DNA of 62,848 nt, from positions 1 through 62,848 of the forward strand of contig JAYZQJ010000198.1 in assembly GCA_036149055.1 (NCBI GenBank), read 5' to 3'. Positions 49,217-58,445 of the stretch are shown in pieces (position 1 is the stretch's first letter; every line of letters starts with the position of its first letter). The stretch is from Myxococcota bacterium (GTDB taxonomy: Bacteria; Myxococcota_A; Polyangia; Polyangiales; Sandaracinaceae). The notes under the pieces are model-generated. The model ran no database searches. It was not told where the DNA came from and was given only the letters and a program-made list of their open reading frames with translations. The position numbers and the translations under genes are program-made.

Positions 49217-49768
49217 GATCTCTGCCGAATCGAGCCGAGCTGCAGAGAGCGCGGGCTCGATTCCGCAGAGATTCCTGCCGGTGACAGCCTCGAACCGGCA
49301 GAGACCGTTCGCCGCAGACGGTGGCGGCGTCGCTCCACCTGCCCGGGTCCGCGAGCTCCGCGTGCGCGCCGCGACGATCTCTGCGGAATCGAGTCGAGCT
49401 GCCGAGAGCGCGCTCGATTCGGCAGAGATCCCGGCCGGCCGAGCGCGCGAGTCACCGCGGGCCCTGCGCGCGCGCCGCGACGATCTCCGCCGAATCGAAG
49501 TGAGCTGCCGAGGGCGCGCGCCTCGATTCGGCAGAGATCGGCTCCGCCTGTGATTCACGGGATCTGTACCGGCGCCCACCTCGAATCGGCAGAGATCCCC
49601 CCGAGTCATCGCAGACGCCGTGAACGGTGGCGCTGGCCCGGGTTCTGCTCGGGCTCGCGGGTGAGCTCCGACGAGGACTGCTCGATTCGGCAGAGATCCC
49701 TCGCCGGGCCCGCTCGATTCGGCAGAGATGCCGCCCCCCGAACCGCGGCCCTCGAATCGGCAGAGATC
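49217..49768. repeat. Right REP-like array: 11 copies, including three REPIN-like inverted doublets
   Basis: Forward at 49218, 49377, 49483; reverse at 49256, 49289, 49413, 49522, 49580, 49681, 49713, 49751. Confidence 0.92.
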
Positions 49769-51660
49769 TACTGCTGCATCAAGTGCGGGACCTTGCGGGA
49801 GCCCTCGTCACGGAGGCGCAGGGCGAGGTCGATGCGGGCGGCGGCGTTGATCAGGCCGAGGTGGCTGAAGGCCTGGGGGAAGTTGCCGAGGAGCACGCCG
49901 GTCTGGGGGTCGATCTCCTCCGAGAGGAGGCCCAGGTGGTTGCTGGCCTCGGCGTGCGCGACGAAGACCTCCTGGGCTTCTTCGATGCGGCCGGCCATGG
50001 CGAGGGCCTCGGCGAGCCAGAAGCCGCAGAGCACGAAGGCGCCCTCCGGGCCGCCGACTCCGTCGTGCATGCGGTAGCGGTGGATGAAGGGGCCGGTCGA
50101 GAGCTCCGCGCGCAGCCAGTCGACGGTCTGGGTGACGAGCGGGTGGTCCGGGGGCAGGAAGCCGCAGATGGGGTAGAGGAGGAGCGCGGCGTCGGGCTCG
50201 TGCAGGCCGTAGGCGCTGACGAGGTGCTTGCCGTTCGGGTCGAGGCCGTTCTTGAGCACGTCGTCGTGGATCTGACGGGCGGCGCGCTCCCAGACGTCCT
50301 TGCGCTGGCCGTCGCCGAAGAGCTGCGCGAGGCGCTGGCCCCGGTCGAGTGACATCCAGCACATCAACTTGCTGTGGAGGTTGTGGCGGACCTCGCCTCG
50401 GGGCTCCCAGATGCCGTGGTCGGGCTCGGTCCAGCGGGTGCGCATGACCTCGATGACCTGCCGCAGGTGGCGCCACGCGCGGAGGCCGAGGGAGCCGCCG
50501 AAGCGCTCGTAGAGCCACGCCGCGTCGACCAGCGCGCCGCCGATGTCGAGCTGGAGCTGGTGCTTGGCGCCGTTGCCGACGCGGACCGGGCCGCTGCCGC
50601 CGAAGCCGCGCAGGTGCGCGAGGGTCTGCTCCTCCGGCACGTGATCGCCGTCGACCGTGTACATGATCTGGAGCTCGCCGTCGTGGCGGTCGAGCGCGTC
50701 GCGCACGAAGTGGAAGAACTCGCGCGCCTCGGTCCCGTAGCCGATCAGGTTGGCGGCGCGGATCGCCATCGCCGCGTCGCGCGTCCAGGTGTAGCGGTAA
50801 TCCCAGTTGCGCCCGCCGCCGATCCACTCGGGCAGCGACGCGGTCGGGGCCGCGGTCATCGCGCCGGTGGGGGCGTGGATGAGCAGCTTGAGCAGGAGCG
50901 CCGAGCGCTGGACGTGGTGACGCCACGGGCCCTCGTAGGTGATCTTCGAGGCCCACTCTCGCCAGTGGACGCGGGTGGCGCGGAGGTGCTCGTACGGCCG
51001 GTAGCCCTGGACGGGCTCCGGGCCCGGCGCGCCCCAGCTGAGCACCATCCACTTCCGCTCGCCGGCCCGCAGCTTCACCTTCGTCTGGAGCCCGCCGCGG
51101 GGGCGCTCCTTCCAGGCCGCGCCCTCCATCACCGCGACCAGGGTGTCGCCGTCGGCGCTCCGCGCGAGCGCGCCCGACTCCTCCACCTCGAAGCGCGTCT
51201 CCGCCCGGCCGTAGTCGAACCGGGGGTCGAAGACCACGTCGAGCTCGACCTCTCCCTCGACGCAGTGCACGCGTCGGTGGATCTCGTGGATCGAGGCGCG
51301 CGGGTCGTCGCTCCAGGGCATGTAGTCGGTCATGCGGACCACGCCCTGCCGCTCCACCTGGAACAGCGTCTCGAGCACGTTGGTGTCGGGGTCGTAGCGC
51401 TGGAGGGACTCGAAGGGGCGGCTCGACGGGGTGATGGCCGTCAGCCCGCCGCGCTCGGGGTCGAGGATCGCCCCGAAGACGCTCGGGCTGTCGAAGCGCG
51501 GCATGCACGCCCAGTCGATGACGCCGTCGACGCGGACGAGGGCCGAGGTGACCCCGTCGCCGATGATGCCCCGGGCCCCGATCGGCAGCTCGCCGTCCGG
51601 GAACGCCTCGGTGAAGCGGAAGGGGCGGTTGAGTCGCTTGGCGGCGCTGTAGAGATCCAT
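49768..51660 (-). CDS. Glycoside hydrolase family 15 (trehalase/glucoamylase-like)
   Basis: IDWACMPRFDSPSVFGAILD, AAPTASLPE..GGRNWDYRYTWTRD, GIWE, GLLSEE..GNFPQAFSH. Confidence 0.93.
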   Translation of the reverse strand: MDLYSAAKRLNRPFRFTEAFPDGELPIGARGIIGDGVTSALVRVDGVIDWACMPRFDSPSVFGAILDPERGGLTAITPSSRPFESLQRYDPDTNVLETLFQVERQGVVRMTDYMPWSDDPRASIHEIHRRVHCVEGEVELDVVFDPRFDYGRAETRFEVEESGALARSADGDTLVAVMEGAAWKERPRGGLQTKVKLRAGERKWMVLSWGAPGPEPVQGYRPYEHLRATRVHWREWASKITYEGPWRHHVQRSALLLKLLIHAPTGAMTAAPTASLPEWIGGGRNWDYRYTWTRDAAMAIRAANLIGYGTEAREFFHFVRDALDRHDGELQIMYTVDGDHVPEEQTLAHLRGFGGSGPVRVGNGAKHQLQLDIGGALVDAAWLYERFGGSLGLRAWRHLRQVIEVMRTRWTEPDHGIWEPRGEVRHNLHSKLMCWMSLDRGQRLAQLFGDGQRKDVWERAARQIHDDVLKNGLDPNGKHLVSAYGLHEPDAALLLYPICGFLPPDHPLVTQTVDWLRAELSTGPFIHRYRMHDGVGGPEGAFVLCGFWLAEALAMAGRIEEAQEVFVAHAEASNHLGLLSEEIDPQTGVLLGNFPQAFSHLGLINAAARIDLALRLRDEGSRKVPHLMQQ

Positions 51661-51715
51661 GCGTCGGAGCCTATATGCGCGTTGACCGACGAAACCAGAC
51701 GGGAGACCCTGCGAC

Positions 51716-51970
51716 GTGCCGACGAGACGAGTCCGAGAGCTGGCCGAGGAGCTCGCGCGAGAGCTCGAGCGAGATGGAGAGCTGGACGCGAAGACCCGCG
51801 CGGCCCTCGACGAGCTGCGAGGGGAGGTCGAGTCCGCCCTGGCCGAGGCGCCGGAGTCACCGCCCTCGAGTCGCGCCCACGGCTTCGTGGAGCGCTTCGA
51901 GCGGGACCACCCCGAGCTGACCGCCCTCGTCCAGCGCCTGGCCGACGCGCTCCAGGCGGCCGGCCTCTAG
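51716..51970 (+). CDS. Small helical protein, DUF4404-like
   Basis: VERFERDHPELT..RLADALQAAGL. Confidence 0.7.
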   Translation: MPTRRVRELAEELARELERDGELDAKTRAALDELRGEVESALAEAPESPPSSRAHGFVERFERDHPELTALVQRLADALQAAGL

Positions 51971-54138
51971 CTCCGGCGCTCGATCGCCTCTTCGAGGGTG
52001 AGGGGGCGCGAGACCACGTAGCCCTGACCGAGGGCGCAGCCGAGGCGACCGAGGCGCTCGCGATCGGCGTCGGTCTCGAGCCCCTCGGCGACCGTCGACA
52101 TGCCGAGCGCGTCCGCCACCGCGATCACGGCGCGGAGGATGGCGTCGTCGCCGGTCTCCGCCGCCTCGCGGATGAACGCCTGGTCGATCTTCAGCACGTC
52201 GAAGGGGAAGCGCTGGAGGTAGCTCAGCGAAGAGTAGCCGGTGCCGAAGTCGTCCAGGCAGATCTGGACGCCGAGACGCCGGATCGCCTCGAGGGCCTCG
52301 CGGAGCGCGATCGACTCCTCGAGCAGCAGGCTCTCGGTCACCTCGATCTTCAGCGCGGCGGGCTCGAGCCCGGACTCGGCGACGAGCTGGGCCACCCGGG
52401 CGGGGAAGCTCTCGACCCGCAGCTGCGCCCCCGAGACGTTCACCGCCACGGTCAGGTCCTCGCGTCCCCACGCCGCGCGCAGGGTGGCGAGCGCCGCGAG
52501 GGACCGCTGCATGACGCGGTCGCCGAGCTCGACGATCAGGCCGGTCTCCTCCGCCACCGGGATGAACTGGCTCGGCGGGATCGACGCGCCCGCGGGGCTC
52601 CACCGGGCGAGGGCCTCGAAGCCGACCACCCGGTCGTCGTCGCGCAGGTCGAAGACCGGCTGGAGCGCGACGCTCACGCCGTCGTCCTCGCTCGCCAGCG
52701 CCTCCCGGAGCGCGGTCTCGAGGCCGAGCTGGATCACCGCGTCCTGCAGCATGTCCCGCTCGAAGAGCTGCATCGTGGCGCGGGTGCGCTGCTTCTTGGC
52801 CCGGTGGCTCGCCAGGTCGGCGTCGCGCAGCAGGTGCTCGGGCGGCCCCTCGCCGAGCGCCAGCCCGATGCTCGCGTCCAGGTAGACGCGGCGGGCGCCG
52901 ATCAGGAACGGCGCGCGGAGCGACTCCCGGACCCGCTGGGCCACCTCCCGGGCGCGCGCGGGGATGTCGTCGCCCTCGATCACCACCGCGAACTCGTCGC
53001 CGCCCACCCGCGCGACGCCGGCGCCGGTCGGCGTGCACTCGGCGAGGCGCGCCGCGATCTCGATCAGGATGTGGTCGCCCGCCGCGTGGCCGAGGCCGTC
53101 GTTGATGCGCTTGAAGCGGTCCACGTCCACGTGGAGCACGCCCGCGTCGGTGCCCCGCGCCCGCGCCTCGACGAGCAGGCGCCGCAGCCCGGACCGGTTG
53201 GGGAGCTCGGTCAGCTCGTCGCGGAACATCTTCTCGCGGCTCTCCGCCTGGGCCCGCAGCCGACCGTCGACGAGGCCGAGCTGGGCGGCGATCTGCTCGA
53301 CCACGTGCGACAGCTCCTCGGCGCGCTCGGCGGTCGCGTCGAAGACGGCCTCGATCACGGCCACGCGCCGCTCGCCGTCGCGCGCGGGCACGACGACCTG
53401 CGCGCCTCCAGGCCCGTGGGCGCTCCGGGCGCCCTCGAGGTCGAGCGTCGGGCGGGAGAAGGGGCGGTGCTCGGGCGCGCCGCGCGCGCAGAGCTCCCGG
53501 GCCTCGTCGTCGACCGTCCAGATCCGCACGTACCGGGCGCCGAGCACGTCGACCAGCGCGCCGGCCGCCGCCCGCGCCGCCTCCGCCAGGCTCTCCGCCG
53601 CGTTCGCGGCCTCGCTCGCGACCAGCGCCGCCCGGAGCTGCCGCTCGTAGGCGACGCGCCGCTCGGTGGCCTCGGCCCGCTCGGTCTCGTCGCGCACGGT
53701 CTCCACCACGAGGCGCGTCGTGCCGCTCCGGACGTAGGGGACCCAGGTGGCCCGCACGAAGGCGCGGCGACCGTCGGGGCGCCACACCCACATCTCGTCC
53801 TCGACGTGCTCCTTGGAGAAGGCGCGCTCCACGTTGGCCCGGACCCGCTCGCGGACCGCCGGATCCCAGACCGCGCCCACCGCCGACCCGACCGCGTCGG
53901 CCCGCTCGAGGCCGGTGGCCTCGCAGAAGGCGTCGTTGACCGCGTCGTAGCGGCGGGTTCGATCGATCGACGCCATCCAGTCGACCGAGGTGTTGACGAG
54001 GAACGCGTAGCGCTTGCGCGCCTCGTCGTCGTGCAGCAGCGAGGTGCTCGTCTCGCGCTCCGTGGACCCGACCGGGAAGGTCAGGGTCTGCTTCCTCAGG
54101 GTCCGGAGGGTGTGCGAGCTGGGAGGCCGGCGGGTCAT
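51967..54138 (-). CDS. PAS-(GAF-like)-GGDEF-EAL diguanylate cyclase/phosphodiesterase
   Basis: DELTELPNR, DVDRFKRIND, GGDEF, FEALARW, EVTES, DDFGTGYSSL, KIDQAF, AEGLE. Confidence 0.93.
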   Translation of the reverse strand: MTRRPPSSHTLRTLRKQTLTFPVGSTERETSTSLLHDDEARKRYAFLVNTSVDWMASIDRTRRYDAVNDAFCEATGLERADAVGSAVGAVWDPAVRERVRANVERAFSKEHVEDEMWVWRPDGRRAFVRATWVPYVRSGTTRLVVETVRDETERAEATERRVAYERQLRAALVASEAANAAESLAEAARAAAGALVDVLGARYVRIWTVDDEARELCARGAPEHRPFSRPTLDLEGARSAHGPGGAQVVVPARDGERRVAVIEAVFDATAERAEELSHVVEQIAAQLGLVDGRLRAQAESREKMFRDELTELPNRSGLRRLLVEARARGTDAGVLHVDVDRFKRINDGLGHAAGDHILIEIAARLAECTPTGAGVARVGGDEFAVVIEGDDIPARAREVAQRVRESLRAPFLIGARRVYLDASIGLALGEGPPEHLLRDADLASHRAKKQRTRATMQLFERDMLQDAVIQLGLETALREALASEDDGVSVALQPVFDLRDDDRVVGFEALARWSPAGASIPPSQFIPVAEETGLIVELGDRVMQRSLAALATLRAAWGREDLTVAVNVSGAQLRVESFPARVAQLVAESGLEPAALKIEVTESLLLEESIALREALEAIRRLGVQICLDDFGTGYSSLSYLQRFPFDVLKIDQAFIREAAETGDDAILRAVIAVADALGMSTVAEGLETDADRERLGRLGCALGQGYVVSRPLTLEEAIERRS

Positions 54139-54365
54139 GGCGCCCCGCTGAGCGAGAAGCGTGCCGGTCTCGCCGTTCGGCGTATCCCCGAGGAGGGGCG
54201 TGGGCCGCGCCCCACGATCATGGGGAGGCGTCCCACACGTCTCGATCCGAGACACCCGTAACCCGCGCGTAACCACCCGCCGAGGAGGCGTTCGCAGGTT
54301 GGAGGGCGAGGGTCGGATTGCGGGCTGGACGGAAGAATCGTGTTATCGTGGCCGCGGAGACTGCG

Positions 54366-55859
54366 GTGGCTGGGCACGAACCCGAAGTCGGCGACGTCGT
54401 CGGTCAGAAGTACGTGATCGAGGCGCTGCTCGGACGCGGCGGCATGGGCGCCGTCTTCCGGGCGAGCCATCAGATCACCGGCCGGCGCGTGGCGCTGAAG
54501 TGGCTGCTCGAGGACGACGCCGAGCGGCGCGAGCGCTTCCTGCGCGAGGCCCGCGCGATGGGGCGCCTCGCCCACCCGAACGTGGTCGGCGTGCTCGACG
54601 TCGGCGAGCACGAGGGCGCCATCTTCCTGGTGATGGAGCACCTCGACGGCAAGCCCCTGCGCGACTTCGTGCGCGAGGGCGGCGTGCCGGCCGCGGAGGC
54701 GGTGGGCCTCGTGATGCCTGCGCTGATGGGCGTCGCCGCCGCGCACCAGGCCGGCATCCTCCACCGCGACCTCAAGCCCGAGAACCTCTTCGTCTGCTGC
54801 GACCGCGACGGCACGCCCTTCGACACCAAGGTGCTCGACTTCGGGGTGGCCAAGCGGGTGAAGGACGACGTCGGGCTCACTCGCTCGGGGACCATCGTCG
54901 GGACGCCGAAGTACATGGCGCCCGAGCAGATCGGCGAGGAGGACGACGTCGACCAGCGGGCCGACGTGTACGCCCTCGGGCTGATCGTGTTCGAGCTGAG
55001 CGCGGGCAAGATGCCCTACCGCGCGACCAGCCTCAACGCGCTGCTGCTCGAGATCATGACCAGCGAGCTGCCGCCTCTCGGAGACGTGCTCCCGGACGCG
55101 CCGCCCGGCTACGTCGAGGTGCTCGAGCGAGCGCTGGCCAAGGCGCCGGCGGATCGCTTCGAGGACGTGGCGAGCTTCGCGCGGGCGCTCGAGCCGTTCG
55201 GCGAGGCGCGCTTCGAGCCGCCTCGGCGCGTGCACACCCCGGAGACCGGCGCGGTGGCCCGCCCGGCGCCGGTCGACCCGGACTCGGACACCCGGCTGGC
55301 GCCCTCGACGCCCCCCTCGGGGGAGCGGCCGACGGTACCGGAGAAGCCGTCGGAGAAGCCGGCGGCCCTCGTGGCGACCCGGTCGGAGCGGCCCTCGGCG
55401 CGGTCGTCGGACGGGCGGAGCGAGCGCGAGACCGAGAGCGACGCCGCGGTCCCGGCGCCTCCGCGCTCGCGACGCGGGCTGATCGGCGGGCTCGCGGCGG
55501 TGGCGCTCCTCGGGGTCGCGAGCCTCGGCTGGGCGGCGGTGCAGGAGCCGGAGCCGGAGCCGCCCGCCCCGGTGGTGGAGGCGCCGCCGACGGTCGAGGC
55601 GCCGCCGGTCCTCGAGGAGGCCGACGAGGCGCCCGAGCCGGGGATGACGGCCGCCGAGGCGCCGGTGGAAGCGCCGGTGGAGGAGGAGGCGGAGGCCGAG
55701 CCCGAAGAGGCGGCCCCCGCGGCGGTCGCCCGCGTCAGGCGCTCGCGGCGGCCCGCCCGCCCGGCCGCTCGGCCCGCGGAGCCGGAGAGCCCGCCGGAGG
55801 CCGAGCCCTCGTTGACGGTGAGCGGTCGCGCCGGGACCCTGCGGGCAGACGACTTCTGA
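54366..55859 (+). CDS. Hanks-type Ser/Thr kinase with TM helix and Pro-rich tail
   Basis: LGRGGMGAV, VALKW, HRDLKPEN, DFG, GTPKYMAPEQ; SD GGAG before GTG 54366. Confidence 0.92.
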   Translation: MAGHEPEVGDVVGQKYVIEALLGRGGMGAVFRASHQITGRRVALKWLLEDDAERRERFLREARAMGRLAHPNVVGVLDVGEHEGAIFLVMEHLDGKPLRDFVREGGVPAAEAVGLVMPALMGVAAAHQAGILHRDLKPENLFVCCDRDGTPFDTKVLDFGVAKRVKDDVGLTRSGTIVGTPKYMAPEQIGEEDDVDQRADVYALGLIVFELSAGKMPYRATSLNALLLEIMTSELPPLGDVLPDAPPGYVEVLERALAKAPADRFEDVASFARALEPFGEARFEPPRRVHTPETGAVARPAPVDPDSDTRLAPSTPPSGERPTVPEKPSEKPAALVATRSERPSARSSDGRSERETESDAAVPAPPRSRRGLIGGLAAVALLGVASLGWAAVQEPEPEPPAPVVEAPPTVEAPPVLEEADEAPEPGMTAAEAPVEAPVEEEAEAEPEEAAPAAVARVRRSRRPARPAARPAEPESPPEAEPSLTVSGRAGTLRADDF

Positions 55860-56797
55860 TGCGAACGCTAGCTCTCACGCTGGCCGTCTGGCTCGCCGCC
55901 GCGGCCCCGACCCTCGCGCAGGAGGCCGAGCCGGACGTCGAGGCGCAGGTCGAGGTGCAATCCGAGGTCGACGCGCCGCCGCCCGAGTACGAGCGCCTGG
56001 TCACCGAGGCCCTCGAGGAGTCGGCGGCCGGCCGCTGGGCCGAGGCCCGCGCCTTGTTCACGCAGGCGCACGAGGCCTACCCGAACGCCCGCACCCTGCG
56101 CGGGATCGGCGTCGTCTCCTTCGAGCTGCGCGACTACGTGGCCGCGCTCCGCGCGCTCCGCGCCGCCCTCGAGGACGAGCGGCGACCGTTGACCGACGCG
56201 CAGCGCGCCGAGGCCGAGCAGGTGATCGAGCGCGCCCGGGCCTTCGTCGCCATCTACACGGTGGACGCGCTGCCCGAGGACGCCCGGCTGATCGTCGACG
56301 GTCACCCGGCCACCCTCGAGCCGGACGGAACGCTCCTGCTCGGCGTCGGCGAGCACGACCTCACCGTCCGCCTCCCCAGCCACGACAGCGACGCGCGGCT
56401 CACCGTGCGCGGCGGCGAAGCGGGGCGGCTCCCGGTGGTCGTGGCGGCGCTCCCGATGACGGCCCCCGAGCCGGCCGCGCCGCCGCCGCCGCTCGAGGCG
56501 AGCGAGCCGCCGCTCGCGGCGTGGGTGATGGCGATCGGCGGCGGGGCGGTGGCGCTCGTCGGCGGCGTGCTGCTCGCGCTCGGCCTCGCGGACGTCGCGC
56601 GGGTGGAGAACGCGAGCGTCGGCACCGAGTGGTCGGAGCTCCAGGCCTCCTACTCGCGGGCGCCCGTGCTCACCGGGCTCGGCGCCGGGCTGCTCGGCGT
56701 CGGCGGGGCGGTCGGCGTCGGCGGCGGGGTCTGGCTGGCCGCCTCCAGCGGCGGCGCCGAGGGCTCGGCGATGCTCCGACTGCGGGGGACGTTTTGA
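55859..56797 (+). CDS. TPR plus PEGA-like exported protein
   Basis: Signal peptide; GRWAEARALF..YPNARTLRGIG; IVDG..LGVGEHDL; TGATG overlap. Confidence 0.8.
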   Translation: MRTLALTLAVWLAAAAPTLAQEAEPDVEAQVEVQSEVDAPPPEYERLVTEALEESAAGRWAEARALFTQAHEAYPNARTLRGIGVVSFELRDYVAALRALRAALEDERRPLTDAQRAEAEQVIERARAFVAIYTVDALPEDARLIVDGHPATLEPDGTLLLGVGEHDLTVRLPSHDSDARLTVRGGEAGRLPVVVAALPMTAPEPAAPPPPLEASEPPLAAWVMAIGGGAVALVGGVLLALGLADVARVENASVGTEWSELQASYSRAPVLTGLGAGLLGVGGAVGVGGGVWLAASSGGAEGSAMLRLRGTF

Positions 56798-57564
56798 GAG
56801 CCTTGCTGCCCGCGCTCCTCGCCTCCGCCCTGGCGGCCGGCTGCGTGCCGTCGCTCCAGGAGGGCTTCTACGGCTGCGCCACCGGCGACTGCCCCGACGG
56901 CTGGCACTGCTGGTCGGACGGCTTCTGCCGGTCGGAGGCCGAGCCGCTCGGTCAGTTCGGGGACGCCTGCGAGGCGAGCGGCGACTGCGAGAGCCTCGTC
57001 TGCGCGGGGGCCCTCGACCCGATGGCGCGCCGACTCACCAACCTCTGCTCCGTGGCCTGCAGCGGAGACACGGACTGCCCCGGTGAGGACCTCCTCTGCG
57101 TGAAGGGCGCGTGCCGCTCCACCTGCACCGCGCTGCCCGACTGCCCGATGGGCTTCGCCTGCCGCATCCCGGTGCCGGAGCCGCCGGAGATGCCGCCGCG
57201 GGCCGCGATCTGCGCGCGGGTCGTCAACGACAACATCCTCGGGCAGGCCTCGTGCACCGGGCAGCCGGAGTGCCAGAACCCGGGCTGGTGTCTGGTCTCG
57301 GACCTGAGCGTCCAGGGGATCTGCTCCATGCTCTGCCAGACCAGTGAGCACTGCCCCGGCGACGGCCGCTGCATCACCGACGTGATGACCGGGCACGGCC
57401 AGTGTCTCCTCCCCTGCGAGGACGACGGCGGGTGCGAGGGCGCGCTCGTCTGCCGCCAGCTCGGCGACGGGGCCGACCTCGGCACCTTCTGCATGCCGGA
57501 GGCGTGGGCGGGGCAGCCCCTGCCGCTCCCCGGGGACGCGATGCCCCCGCCGCCCACGATGTGA
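56794..57564 (+). CDS. Cys-rich lipoprotein
   Basis: TTG start overlapping the upstream TGA; lipobox AAGC; repeated CxxDxDCP..C..C modules. Confidence 0.8.
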   Translation: MRALLPALLASALAAGCVPSLQEGFYGCATGDCPDGWHCWSDGFCRSEAEPLGQFGDACEASGDCESLVCAGALDPMARRLTNLCSVACSGDTDCPGEDLLCVKGACRSTCTALPDCPMGFACRIPVPEPPEMPPRAAICARVVNDNILGQASCTGQPECQNPGWCLVSDLSVQGICSMLCQTSEHCPGDGRCITDVMTGHGQCLLPCEDDGGCEGALVCRQLGDGADLGTFCMPEAWAGQPLPLPGDAMPPPPTM

Positions 57565-57611
57565 GGCGGCCGGTGAGGCGGCTCGGCCGGGGGTGTGCTA
57601 CTGCCTCCGGG

Positions 57612-58445
57612 ATGAGCGGCAGGTACGCGTGCATCATCCTCGACTTCGACGGCACCTTCACCGACGTCGAGCGCGAGGCCGTTCCTTTCCTGGCCCGGTA
57701 CCGCGAGGGGCTCGGCCGGCTGATCGGGCGTGACCCCGACGGCGCGTGGGACCGGGCGGTCGCGGCGGTCGAGTCCGACCTCGACGCGCACGGCTTCGAG
57801 TTCGACGGCCGCATCGTCGCCCCGTCGCACGCCGATCCCTACATCCTCGCCACCAGCGTCGCGCGCCTCGTGTTCGCCGAGAGCGGCGAGGACCACGACG
57901 TGGACGGCGCCCTCGAGACGCTCTTCAAGGAGAGCTACGGCTGCGCCGACACCGCGTTCCGCCCGGAGGCCGGGCAGGTGGTGCAGGCGGTGCTCGAGCA
58001 GGACGCCCCGGTCTACGTGGTGACCAACTCGAACACCGAGCACGTGAAGAAGAAGATCCGCGCGCTCTCCGAGGACGCGCTGGCTCGCCTCGACGTGCGC
58101 GGCGACGCCAAGAAGTTCCACCTCGTCGATCCCGACGCGTCGGACCCCCGCTTCGACGCGGTGCCGGAGGCGCTCGACGTGGACGGGCTCTCGCGCCCGC
58201 TCTACCTGCGCCGCGGCCGGTACTTCGAGACGCTGCGCGACATCTGGAGCGAGACCGACACCCGGCCCGAGGACACGCTCGTCTGCGGGGACATCTTCGA
58301 GCTCGACCTCGCCCTCCCGGCGCAGCTCGGCGCGCGGGTGCACCTCGTCACCCGGCCGAACACGCCGGAGTGGGAGCGTCGCGCGGTGCAGCAGGTCGGC
58401 GGGACCTGGTCCGAGCGCCTCACCGGCGTGCTCGACCAGCTCTGA
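57612..58445 (+). CDS. HAD-superfamily hydrolase
   Basis: ILDFDGTFTD, VVTNS, VCGDIFELD. Confidence 0.85.
   Translation: MSGRYACIILDFDGTFTDVEREAVPFLARYREGLGRLIGRDPDGAWDRAVAAVESDLDAHGFEFDGRIVAPSHADPYILATSVARLVFAESGEDHDVDGALETLFKESYGCADTAFRPEAGQVVQAVLEQDAPVYVVTNSNTEHVKKKIRALSEDALARLDVRGDAKKFHLVDPDASDPRFDAVPEALDVDGLSRPLYLRRGRYFETLRDIWSETDTRPEDTLVCGDIFELDLALPAQLGARVHLVTRPNTPEWERRAVQQVGGTWSERLTGVLDQL

Larger units (their letters stand above)
47802..49768. mobile_element. RAYT locus (REPtron-like): HUH transposase flanked by mirror-image repeat arms
   Basis: Transposase gene, 18 repeat copies, ~155 bp inverted repeat 47847-48001 / 49580-49732. Confidence 0.75.

Noticed and set aside
47802..49768. 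Repeat arrays as a CRISPR array
   Set aside because: The unit is only 17-18 bp and occurs in both orientations; spacers are irregular and reused; no cas genes; a HUH transposase sits in the middle
57561..57582. Short duplication GTGAGGCGGC x2 at a stop codon
   Set aside because: Only 10 bp in very GC-rich DNA; could be chance
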